This document shows positions 1-8,688 of a stretch of DNA of 14,980 nt, in pieces. The notes beneath the pieces were generated by a model. That model had not been told where the DNA came from. It made no database searches and saw only the letters and a list, made by a program, of their open reading frames with translations. Within the stretch, counting starts at the first letter, position 1, and the number at the start of each line of letters is the position of its first letter. Where the stretch lies: contig JBFXGD010000077.1 of the NCBI GenBank assembly GCA_050178385.1, positions 1 through 14,980 on the forward strand, read 5' to 3'. Position numbers and translations under genes: made by a program. The stretch is from Calditrichaceae bacterium (GTDB taxonomy: Bacteria > Calditrichota > Calditrichia > Calditrichales > JBFXGD01).

Positions 1-88
1 CCGGAGGTACCGGTGTGGACTCCCATGAAAGAAGCTGACTTGTTAATCTTCCGTTTTTTTTGTAGTGACTTATTAAAAAAGGTTTGTC

Positions 89-451
89 CTATATGGAATT
101 GAAATAAGGATAAACACGCACTTCTTCTTTAGCTTTTTCAGTCTCGGTCGGATATAAACCGTAGTAAATGATCAACTGGATCAGGACCTGCTTCAGTTCA
201 TAGGTCTGAGGAATCCTTATTATTGTAACATTTCGGCCGTTCTTCGACTCAGATCTTACAATCGAAAAGCGAATATCCGTCATCGTAAAGTGCTTTTTTA
301 ATGAGTCAATTAAACTGCGTTTTATCTCATGGGAGGAATCGTTGACGACAATTTGTAAATGATCAGGCAAAGTAAGAATCTGTGTTTCCTGCGCGCTGAC
401 AGAAACCAGCAATATTTTTGTAAGTAGCAGTATAAAAAAATATTGTTTCAA
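89..451 (-). CDS. hypothetical secreted protein
   Basis: 120-aa ORF with TTG start preceded by GGGGA. The N-terminus MKQYFFILLLTKILLVSVSA-Q resembles a Sec signal peptide. No family recognised. Confidence 0.65.
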   Translation of the reverse strand: MKQYFFILLLTKILLVSVSAQETQILTLPDHLQIVVNDSSHEIKRSLIDSLKKHFTMTDIRFSIVRSESKNGRNVTIIRIPQTYELKQVLIQLIIYYGLYPTETEKAKEEVRVYPYFNSI

Positions 452-630
452 ACGGCATCCCCATAAAATTTAACTATCTGAAAATTAAACCGGAGATAGT
501 GCTGATAAATTTATTTCAGGGAAACGACTGTATTTATCGCTCTTTATAAATCTAACGCGCATCGGGATCAAAATATTCAACACCATGTCTAACGGTAATT
601 TCGGGTGCAAATAAGTCTGTGACAGAAAAA

Positions 631-1026
631 TCAATTTTGATTGATCAGATCAAAGAGTGAAGGTAGACTGAAGCCCAACGCCATCAATCCAATCAGCAAA
701 CCACCAAATATAATGATGATCAATATCCCCTGAACGACAAAATATAACCGGAGCTTATCAAGCATTATCATTAATTCTAAGGGATTGTTCCTCAGCTGCG
801 CGTCACTCGCCCTTGATCCCGCCTGCCATAATAAAACACCAAGCCAGATGGGCAGCCAGGCTATCAGGATACCTATGATTGACAAGGCGGGTATAATGCC
901 GCCGATGATTGTAACGATACCGACAAATTTTAACCAGCCTGACATATTCAGGGCCGAGATTTTTAGATCATTTAATAGTTTTGTCTGATCCTGTGCTGAA
1001 ATTTCCATGATTTGTACCTCATTCAT
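631..1026 (-). CDS. membrane protein, DUF5362-like
   Basis: 131 aa with three to four hydrophobic segments. The pattern 'MSGWLKFVGIVTIIGG...IIGILIAWLPIWLGVLLWQA...KLRLYFVVQG' resembles DUF5362 proteins (from recall, not searched). Confidence 0.75.
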   Translation of the reverse strand: MNEVQIMEISAQDQTKLLNDLKISALNMSGWLKFVGIVTIIGGIIPALSIIGILIAWLPIWLGVLLWQAGSRASDAQLRNNPLELMIMLDKLRLYFVVQGILIIIIFGGLLIGLMALGFSLPSLFDLINQN

Positions 1027-1139
1027 GATTTTTGTGCAATTTATTGAGTGGAAAAAGTTTGATTATAAATATAGATAACGCGCGCGGGAGATCAAACGCA
1101 ATAAATATAAAATGCCACAGGTTTATTTTTGTTACATGT

Positions 1140-2303
1140 TTATTTTTGATGAAATGATTCAAATTCGATAAGTGAAAGAGGTTTGCAGATGTTGAATTCC
1201 GGATGTCTCTCAAACAGAGCGTGTTTGGTTTCAGTAACCGTATAGCCTGATGCAAATGAATTAAGAATCGCTTGTCTGACTCTTTTAAACTGAAGGGAAA
1301 TATAACTTACCGGAAGCCAGCGGTAAAAAACATCCGCCAGACGACGGCTGTTAAAAAGATCTCTTTTCATATCTTTTATAGCATCGCGATAAAGGTGATT
1401 TGCATTTTCACCATCATTAAGAGCAGAAATAATAGCTTTTGCGGCGAGCTGACCGGAATGAACAGCATTATGAATTCCCTCTCCCCAAATACACTCGGCA
1501 AAACCCGCAGCGTCACCGACTAAAAATATTCTTGCGGATTTCGGTTCATAATGCTCTCCGCCGGTACCGATAGGAAAACCGGTAATTTTCTCAATTTCAT
1601 CGGTGCCCAGCCGTTTTTGTACATATTTTCTAAGCCGGGATTTATTGATCTCATCTTCTTCCGGTTTACGTGTGTAAATTCCGACATTAATGTGATTATC
1701 TTTCGGAAAAAGCCAGCCGTAGCCGTTTTTTACGACTCCATAATCAAAGGTCAGTTCAGGAATTGACTTGCATTTAGCCAACGGAACGATGCCTTCCAGG
1801 GCGAGAGCGCTTGTGTCAGGCGAGAACTCTCCGGATATCTTGCGGACGCGGCTGCGCGCGCCGTCAGCGCCGATGAGATAACGGCATTGAAGCTCTTCCT
1901 GCCCTTCAATTTTCAAAGTAACCATATCACTTTTTTCATCAATCTCCAGAATCTCGCTTATCTGCTGAAATTTGGCACCCTTTTCAAGCGCCTGTTCAAA
2001 GCAGTATTGATCCAGCTCCTCACGCACAGTTGTGACAAGGATGGGATGATCACCTTTGATGAGGGACTGACTCAACATTCCAAATCCCACTACTTTGGAC
2101 GAGACTGCCGTCTTGATCACCGGAGCGATTGAAAAACGAAAGCGGTTTAATGTTTTGATTGTTAGCGCTCCGCCGCATGCCTTAAATCGTGGAAAGGTCC
2201 TTCTATCGATGAGAAGGACATTCAGGCCGGCATCCGCCATATCATATGCAGCGGAAGAACCTGCGGGGCCCCCGCCAACAATAATAGCATCATATATTTG
2301 CAA
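1140..2303 (-). CDS. geranylgeranyl reductase family FAD-dependent oxidoreductase
   Basis: GGGPAGS dinucleotide-binding motif, FPRxKACGG, GADGARS, GYGWLFPK and LVGDAAG...GEGI motifs. TTG start with GGGAGAG RBS. Confidence 0.9.
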   Translation of the reverse strand: MQIYDAIIVGGGPAGSSAAYDMADAGLNVLLIDRRTFPRFKACGGALTIKTLNRFRFSIAPVIKTAVSSKVVGFGMLSQSLIKGDHPILVTTVREELDQYCFEQALEKGAKFQQISEILEIDEKSDMVTLKIEGQEELQCRYLIGADGARSRVRKISGEFSPDTSALALEGIVPLAKCKSIPELTFDYGVVKNGYGWLFPKDNHINVGIYTRKPEEDEINKSRLRKYVQKRLGTDEIEKITGFPIGTGGEHYEPKSARIFLVGDAAGFAECIWGEGIHNAVHSGQLAAKAIISALNDGENANHLYRDAIKDMKRDLFNSRRLADVFYRWLPVSYISLQFKRVRQAILNSFASGYTVTETKHALFERHPEFNICKPLSLIEFESFHQK

Positions 2304-2429
2304 AATCTAATCTCTCCCGTAATTTTATTATGATGAATGGAATAAATATAAGTCGTTGGATTGGTACAATCAATGTAATCAGGATGTAAAAAAAGAAATT
2401 TGACATGAATTTCAGCCGGGACCGGCCTG

Positions 2430-3302
2430 TTAATTACCGGATATCGCTTCAAAAAGTTTTTGCAGATCGGATTCAAGGGAAGGACTGGCAGAAATTAAAT
2501 AATCGATAAACCAGGATCCGCCAGTATAAAATACAATTCTGTTAAACGGAGGTTCATTACCATAATTATTGGAGGGAATTTCCAATTTTGCCAGTATTTT
2601 ATTTTCTATATATCTTGCAAAACCCTCTTTCCATTCCTGCCAGCACATATATTCAAAATCAAGTGGATTTAAATGGTCTTTCAGCGCCTTCCTATCCATT
2701 TTTATATTTGTAGTATCCTGTTCTGACAGATGCTGAAGAAAATCCCCGTAAATTTTAGTAAAAATCGGATCATTATAGGGGAAGGAATGGTTGAGTTCCC
2801 ACATAAAATTTTTTTTCCGCATAGCGTTCTGATAAATCTGTAATTCTTGTTTTATTTTCTGTTCGGACGAATTCATCTGTTTGCAGTGTATAAATTCATG
2901 AAAAATAGTCGCGTATCCCTGTGGAGAATCAAACACGGCTCCGTCCGTTACACATGCGGGGCGGTTATCATAAAAATCGAGGGGGAATGAGGCGCGGATT
3001 TCTTTTGAAATGGACCACGCGACAGGCGCGTCCTTTACAAAGACATAACGTGTTCCAGAAGAATCAAGATCGAATACATAAAACCGGTTGTTTTCGACTA
3101 TGGCGACTGGATACAAATCAGCGAGAAAGGGATGTAAGTCCTTGATTTTATCGCGAGTTTCAAAAATTTTCTGAAGACCGGTATGATATTTTTGTGAGAC
3201 TGAATCTGAGTTAATTTCTGAGCAATTAAGAAAATCGGGAATCAAGAATGAAATAATCAAGGCAGAGTAAATGATTTTTAAATATCCTGCAGTATCCTTC
3301 AT
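2430..3302 (-). CDS. putative secreted zinc metallopeptidase-like protein (HExxH)
   Basis: Hydrophobic N-terminus, IFHEFIH (HExxH) and downstream KEGFARY (gluzincin-like third ligand). The start overlaps the stop of the upstream Rid gene (ATGA). Confidence 0.7.
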   Translation of the reverse strand: MKDTAGYLKIIYSALIISFLIPDFLNCSEINSDSVSQKYHTGLQKIFETRDKIKDLHPFLADLYPVAIVENNRFYVFDLDSSGTRYVFVKDAPVAWSISKEIRASFPLDFYDNRPACVTDGAVFDSPQGYATIFHEFIHCKQMNSSEQKIKQELQIYQNAMRKKNFMWELNHSFPYNDPIFTKIYGDFLQHLSEQDTTNIKMDRKALKDHLNPLDFEYMCWQEWKEGFARYIENKILAKLEIPSNNYGNEPPFNRIVFYTGGSWFIDYLISASPSLESDLQKLFEAISGN

Positions 3303-3712
3303 ACCGAATTATACTCCGGATCGTCGGTAACCGCGTCGGCTTCGATCTCAACAAGAATTTTTGGATCAATCAGCCTTCTGACTTCAACCATTGTCGTCGC
3401 CGGACGGATACCGCCAAAAAATTCTTCATGCGCTCGTCCAATTTCTTCCCAATCATCAATATTCACCACGTAGATTCTTGTCCTGACCACATGCTTCAAT
3501 GAGGCGCCGGCTTTGCTCAGGGCGCTCTCAATGTTATTGAGAATCTGGATTGTCTGCGCGTAAGGATCGTTGATGCCGGTGATATTTCCATCTTTGTCAG
3601 TAGATGTGGTGCCGGATACAAAAATTAAGGAGCCATAACGGACGGCGCGGGAGTATCCCACAAGGGACTCCCACCTTGCGCCCGAAGAGATGTTTTTTCT
3701 TTTCATATCCAA
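3299..3712 (-). CDS. Rid (YjgF/YER057c/UK114) family protein, Rid6-like
   Basis: Motifs [34 protein letters not shown] and LVEIEADA. Alternative ATG start at 3706. Confidence 0.92.
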   Translation of the reverse strand: MDMKRKNISSGARWESLVGYSRAVRYGSLIFVSGTTSTDKDGNITGINDPYAQTIQILNNIESALSKAGASLKHVVRTRIYVVNIDDWEEIGRAHEEFFGGIRPATTMVEVRRLIDPKILVEIEADAVTDDPEYNSV

Positions 3713-3744
3713 AGTTGGTGATGAAAAGATAAAAATGCAAGAAG

Positions 3745-4629
3745 TTATTTCATCAGGATCATGCGTTTCATTTCCTGAAAATTATTTGCCTGAATCCGGT
3801 AGAAGTAGATTCCGCTGGCTATATTATCTGCTGCAAATTGAATTTCATGATAACCGGCCTCTTTATTACCGTCGAACAGAGTTTTAATTTTCTTCCCTGT
3901 TACATCAAATATATCGATCCGGACAATGCCGGATTCAGGCAACCCGAATTTTATGCGGGTAGTAGGATTGAATGGATTTGGATAGTTCTGCAGTAATGTT
4001 ACCTGATCGGGAATCTGAGATGCAAACGGATCGTCACCGATTCCGGTAACCACGGATGTAATATCGATCTGAATCAATTTTGTATCCCAAAAACCATATG
4101 GATCCTGAACTTTTAAAGCAAAACCTGCAGGGCCTGTATATGTGGCCGGTGAAGGTTGTAGGATAAGTTCTGATCCGCTTTGAGTCACTTCAAGATGATT
4201 TAATTGTGAAATTTCAAGGCTTAATTCCCAAAGATCATTATCTCTGTCGGAAAGGAAATCCTGAAGAGGTACATAAGTTGACTGATTTGTGTAAATATTT
4301 GGCATTGTCCAGTCAATTTTCGGGAGAGCAACCGAAACAACTTCAGACATATTGGATTGATTCCCGTAAACATCGACAGCACAGACGCCATAGGCATACT
4401 GATCACCGGGTGTAATGTTCTGATCATCGGTGAATGTTGTATCCGGATGGGTTACAGTTGCGTGATATTTTAAATCGGTTGTGCTGTTAACACCGCGGTA
4501 AACACGGTATTGAGCTATATCAGGTTCTCCGTTTGCGAGCCATACCAAAGTTAAGGAACTGGTCTGGGCAAATAGCTGATTTAGTCCAAAAAGGATTAAG
4601 AAAATGGATAGTAATGTTTTGTATTTCAT
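3745..4629 (-). CDS. secreted protein with fibronectin type III-like domain and T9SS type A-like C-terminal sorting domain
   Basis: Signal peptide (..LFA-Q). Fn3-like 'LVW...[12 protein letters not shown]...[15 protein letters not shown]'. C-terminal '[17 protein letters not shown]...IFDVTGKKI...SGIYFYRI...KRMILMK'. GGAGA RBS. Confidence 0.88.
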   Translation of the reverse strand: MKYKTLLSIFLILFGLNQLFAQTSSLTLVWLANGEPDIAQYRVYRGVNSTTDLKYHATVTHPDTTFTDDQNITPGDQYAYGVCAVDVYGNQSNMSEVVSVALPKIDWTMPNIYTNQSTYVPLQDFLSDRDNDLWELSLEISQLNHLEVTQSGSELILQPSPATYTGPAGFALKVQDPYGFWDTKLIQIDITSVVTGIGDDPFASQIPDQVTLLQNYPNPFNPTTRIKFGLPESGIVRIDIFDVTGKKIKTLFDGNKEAGYHEIQFAADNIASGIYFYRIQANNFQEMKRMILMK

Positions 4630-4707
4630 CTGATTCTCCGACTTTTATGTTCATTATTCATGTTCCGGCATCTTTACATCGAAGGATGCAACCTGTCTTC
4701 TACTATT

Positions 4708-4722
4708 TCAAACATTGTGCCA
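4708..4722 (-). promoter_or_regulatory. candidate sigma54 (-24/-12) promoter
   Basis: The minus strand reads TGGCAC-AATGT-TTGA versus consensus TGGCAC-N5-TTGC: correct spacing, one mismatch at -12. It lies about 80 bp upstream of the ATG at 4629. Confidence 0.45.
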
Positions 4723-5195
4723 GCTTGGAAACTGAAAGAATCAGAAGATGAAAATCTAAAGAATCATGTTGCCTAAGTACAAAAAAAACAATAGTATAAT
4801 ACATTGAATTATTCAGCCGTTGACATTTCATGATTAAAATATCGAAAAAATATATTAATGATGAGAATCCGTATATAAATAATTGTTGTAATTAATTGAT
4901 ATTGTTAGATTTGCCCTGGTATGAAAAGAAGTAATGAATTGCAGCGGACAACGCCGGGGAATGCTCTGTAATTTTTATAAGATATTAAAAAATAGTATGT
5001 TATGTATGATTATTATCTCTTAGAACATAAAAAAAAGAATTTAGGCGGGAAACGAGAAAAAATTTCACAGTCCGGGATGATTTTATTTAGCAATCCAAAC
5101 AGGCAATGATTATTTCCGGATTATATTAACCTGTTAATCTCGTCGATCACATTTAAGGCTGCATTATTTGGATTGTTTTGAATTCAGGCTCAATT

Positions 5196-5774
5196 TCAAT
5201 AGTGGAACCGGGGCTTCCATTCATTGATTCCTTCTGACAAAAGAGCGAATAAATGCCAGATGCTGTTAAACGGGTCGTATGGGCCGAATACGGCGTGAGC
5301 CACCCGAAAAATTTTTCCGTCTGCTGACATTGTAAATGTTGATACACCCGGCATCCAGCCGATTTCAGATTTAAATCCCATATCTTCGATGAATGTTGAA
5401 TCTTCTCCGGAGTACATGTCAAATTTCCAGCCTCTTTCGCGCGCGAAATTTTGCTGGACCAGCGGCCCGTCCGGTGAAACAACGGCAAAAGCAGCCCGAT
5501 TTTTAAGATGATCTAACAAACCGTTAAATCCGTCTGCCCAGAGTGTACAATACTTGCAGCCGATCCCCATATTATGGATAATAATCAAATCTTGTTTATG
5601 ATCAAACAAAGTTGATAATTTGACCGGTCCCTTTATACCTTTTAGTGTATAATCGCTTACGGACTCTCTGGGAGATTCGCGTTTTAATTTGGCCAGAAGT
5701 TTCTGTTTTTCCATTATTTCCGATTCAAGGGTCTCTATGTCATAATTTGATTTCATGATCAGAACTGCCTCCAT
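5196..5774 (-). CDS. DUF899 family thioredoxin-like protein
   Basis: 'GPVKLSTLF...DLIIIHNMGIGCKYCTLWADGFNG...L.NRAAFAVVSPD...FARERGWKF' with a CxxC motif. Alternative start at 5756, preceded by GGAGG. Confidence 0.85.
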   Translation of the reverse strand: MEAVLIMKSNYDIETLESEIMEKQKLLAKLKRESPRESVSDYTLKGIKGPVKLSTLFDHKQDLIIIHNMGIGCKYCTLWADGFNGLLDHLKNRAAFAVVSPDGPLVQQNFARERGWKFDMYSGEDSTFIEDMGFKSEIGWMPGVSTFTMSADGKIFRVAHAVFGPYDPFNSIWHLFALLSEGINEWKPRFHY

Positions 5775-5890
5775 AGAAAAATATGAATTTGGATATGATA
5801 TTTTTAACTTAATCCTTCGGAAATATATTCTGGGTTGATTTTTTTATTTAAGACTCAACATATTGAAGAAAAAGACGGGGTTTTTGCAAT

Positions 5891-6838
5891 TTATAACCAG
5901 GGAATTTTAGAAAGATCGACATTTCCTCCGGACAAGATGATTCCTGTTCTCTTGTTTCTGAATTTATCCGGATTTGCAAGGACGGCGGCCAGAGGCACCG
6001 CGGAAGAGGGTTCGATAATAATCTTGAGACGCTCCCAGGCGAGCCGCATGGCATTAATGATGTCCTCTTCACAGACAGTAATGATTTCCGAAACGTATTT
6101 TTGAATAATAGGGAATGTCAGAGATCCGAGTGAAGTGCGCAGACCGTCGGCGATGGTATCGGGATTGTCAACGGGAATAATTTTTCCCGCTTTCAGCGAC
6201 CGGAACGCGTCATCCGCGTTCGACGGCTCCGCGGCGATCACGGATGTCCTGGGGAAGAGAGCGGAGGTTGTAAGACATGTTCCGCTCAGCAGGCCTCCAC
6301 CCCCGACCGGAGTGAGAACAATATCCAGTTCACCGGTTTCTTCAAGGAGTTCCAATGCCGCCGTTCCCTGACCCGCAATTACATGGGGATTATTATAAGG
6401 GTGAATAAACCTGGCGCCGGTTTTTTTTACGACATCGTCAAGTGTCTCTTCGCGGGCCTGCAGAGTCGGCTTGCAAAATATGATTTCCGCGCCGTAACCG
6501 GCAACGGCATCTTTTTTAACCTGAGGGGCGTTTTCCGGCATGACTACAAATGATTTTATCCCTCGCCATTTTGCCGCCAGAGCGATGGCCGCGGCATGAT
6601 TCCCCGATGAATGGGTCGTGACTCCCGCTAATGCTTCATCCTTAGTGAGTGAAAACACCGCGTTGCAGGCTCCGCGGATTTTGAATGCACCGGCTTTTTG
6701 GAAATTTTCACATTTGAAGTAAATATCCGCGCCGGTGATTCGGTTTAGGTTTTCTGATGTCAGTATCGGAGTGTGATGTATATAAGGTCTTATCCTTTTA
6801 TGCGCCTGTTGAATATCAGATAAAACCGGAAAATGCAT
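5891..6838 (-). CDS. PLP-dependent serine/threonine dehydratase / serine racemase family protein
   Basis: FKCENFQKAGAFKIRGA (PLP lysine), SSGNHA, PVGGGGLLSG, TIADGL, IEPSSA and LSGGNVD motifs. No C-terminal regulatory domain. Confidence 0.93.
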   Translation of the reverse strand: MHFPVLSDIQQAHKRIRPYIHHTPILTSENLNRITGADIYFKCENFQKAGAFKIRGACNAVFSLTKDEALAGVTTHSSGNHAAAIALAAKWRGIKSFVVMPENAPQVKKDAVAGYGAEIIFCKPTLQAREETLDDVVKKTGARFIHPYNNPHVIAGQGTAALELLEETGELDIVLTPVGGGGLLSGTCLTTSALFPRTSVIAAEPSNADDAFRSLKAGKIIPVDNPDTIADGLRTSLGSLTFPIIQKYVSEIITVCEEDIINAMRLAWERLKIIIEPSSAVPLAAVLANPDKFRNKRTGIILSGGNVDLSKIPWL

Positions 6839-6968
6839 CGTTATTCGTCCTTTCAGGAATATGCGGAACTTTATTCAGGGATGTGCAGAATTTCAAATTC
6901 TCAATCGGCTGGTAAGTTAATCCATTTTTCTTTATTTTACATGTAAAAATTGCTTTGTTTGAAATTAG

Positions 6969-7868
6969 CTATTCCGGCCAAAGGGTATCAGGTGGATTAC
7001 CTGTGTGGGGAGATTGAAGGATTCGTGTCGCTTTTTCCCTGATTTCGGTCAGAGATGCGGGTTTTGCTACAAATGGCAGATTATTTTCTTCGAGAAACCG
7101 GCTATGATCAGGAGATGATAAGCCTGTGAGGAACAGGATGATCTTTTTTAAGTCAGGATCCCGTTTGACCGCTTTTTTGTAAAACTCGATGCCGTTCATA
7201 ATTGGCATATCGATATCGGTGATAATCAAATCATAATAATTGCTGATGGTTTTGTAAAGTCCAGTTTCTCCATTCTCGGCCGTTTCTGTTATTCCATCAT
7301 CTTCAAACAGACCTTCCAGTAATTCCAGGATAGCATTTGAATCATCGATAATGAGAATATTTGGTCTCCAAATTTCAGGGAGTTTCCGCAATTGTGTTAA
7401 ATATTTTTTACCTTCTGGTAATGAATCCAGCAGTTTTTCGGTATCTGATTTATGTCTTTGAATGATAGAAAGCGCCTGTTGGAAATCACGGGATTCATTT
7501 TTTAACATATTTACCACATATATAAAAAGATCATTCCATTCAGAAAATTCAATGGATGAAATACACTTAAGCATTTCTTCCTTTGTCAGTTTGCCAGTCA
7601 GTAGGAGTTGTCTGCCTCTTTTGACCGGATCTTCCACGTTTTTCATTATTTGTTCATCAATCCGAATATCTGATATATAATTTACAGCTTCGGTTTCGAG
7701 CAACCGAGCGGCCATCACCATGGTTTGTTTATGCAGGGCTTCATCCCTGGAAAGTAAACTCAATTGCTCTGAAAGTATTTCATCGTCCTTAAAATAATTC
7801 GCCGAATCACGGTAGAACTCAAACGCGTGATTCTCGATTGTAACCAGCCAATCCACAAGATTTTTCAA
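6969..7868 (-). CDS. ferritin/rubrerythrin-like N-terminal domain fused to a response regulator receiver domain
   Basis: N-terminal 'IENHAFEFY...LSRDEALHK' (E..A..FY / ExxH). C-terminal receiver motifs IIDD, IITDIDMPIMNG, FLTG and AKP. TTG start. Confidence 0.85.
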   Translation of the reverse strand: MKNLVDWLVTIENHAFEFYRDSANYFKDDEILSEQLSLLSRDEALHKQTMVMAARLLETEAVNYISDIRIDEQIMKNVEDPVKRGRQLLLTGKLTKEEMLKCISSIEFSEWNDLFIYVVNMLKNESRDFQQALSIIQRHKSDTEKLLDSLPEGKKYLTQLRKLPEIWRPNILIIDDSNAILELLEGLFEDDGITETAENGETGLYKTISNYYDLIITDIDMPIMNGIEFYKKAVKRDPDLKKIILFLTGLSSPDHSRFLEENNLPFVAKPASLTEIREKATRILQSPHTGNPPDTLWPE

Positions 7869-7982
7869 TTTGCTCTCTTTCCTGATTTTAAAGGTTTACC
7901 TGTGATTTGTTGAAAAATCAACATAACTCATTTGCGTCCCTTTAATAAATTGGGACTCACTCTGGATTCAGCTAAACTCATC

Positions 7983-8636
7983 TCAATCCTTCTTCAAATA
8001 TGATTTGGCTGCGCTTAAAAGGATTTCTGGTTCAAGCCTGACGCGGTGATCGGGATTAACATATTCGAACTTTATAAGGCCATCAGTTCCGATAATAAAA
8101 ACGGCGGGGACGGGAAGAATATGATGGCTTTCTCCGGAGGCCGCTTCTATATCCATCTCATAGGTTTTATACCTGGCCACAGTTTCATCATCCATTTTGT
8201 AGGCAATGCCAAAAGCCTTCGCGCTTGTTAATTTAGTGTCTGAAAGCAGCTTGTAAGTCAATTTGTGGCGATCGACACTTTCAGAAAGTTTCTCCGGTCG
8301 ATCAGCGCTGACGGCGATGATCTGGTAGCCTAAATCTGTTAAATTCTTTTCTATATCCAGCAGTTGACCTAACTGCATATTACAATAAGGTCACCAGCCG
8401 CCGCGGTAGATAATCAGAATAGTGGGTGTTTTTGAAACCGATTTTGTTAAGTCATAAGAAGCGCCATCCAGATCTTTAAGAATCAGATTCGGTATCTGGC
8501 TGCCGACAAGAAGCGGACAGATCTCCTTTGGAGAAGATGCGACTTTTTGCGATCCCTGAGACAAAGTGGAAATTGGTGATAAAAGAATTATCAATAAAAG
8601 CAATACAACCGAATATTTTGATACATTAAAGTCCAT
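7983..8636 (-). CDS. secreted peroxiredoxin-like (AhpC/TSA, Prx-like 2) selenoprotein, Sec codon at 8391-8393
   Basis: Track ORFs 8391..8651 and 7983..8378 are in the same frame and read YRGGW-TGA-PYCNMQLGQL. The TGA occupies the first Cys position of the family motif YRGGWCPYC. Signal peptide present; C-terminal LPVPAVFII. The ATG at 8636 has a GGGGG RBS (alternative start 8651). Confidence 0.9.
8353..8380 (-). promoter_or_regulatory. candidate bacterial SECIS element
   Basis: mRNA after the UGA is CCUUAUUGUA-AUAU-GCAGUU-[AGGUC]-AACUGC-UGG-AUAU. This gives a perfect 6-bp upper stem and a 5-nt loop with G at position 2. The loop begins 20 nt after the UGA. Confidence 0.7.
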
Positions 8637-8688
8637 TAAATTTACCCCCATTCTAATTTACAGAACAAAAATTGTTCAAAAGGTTAAT

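Noticed and set aside
1..88. Possible gene end (+) or gene start (-, ATG at 26) at the window edge
   Set aside because: Too short to assign. There is no RBS or recognisable motif.
1140..2303. Geranylgeranyl reductase family gene as part of the carotenoid pathway
   Set aside because: It lies more than 8 kb from the crt genes with unrelated genes between, and the family is functionally broad.
2412..2430. GC hairpin (GCCG-GTCC-CGGC on minus) after the HExxH gene as a terminator
   Set aside because: The stem is short and there is no immediately adjacent U-tract.
7983..8651. Two separate genes or a nonsense pseudogene
   Set aside because: The stop is TGA exactly at the catalytic Cys position, both halves are intact and in frame, and a SECIS-like hairpin follows. 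Recoding explains this better.
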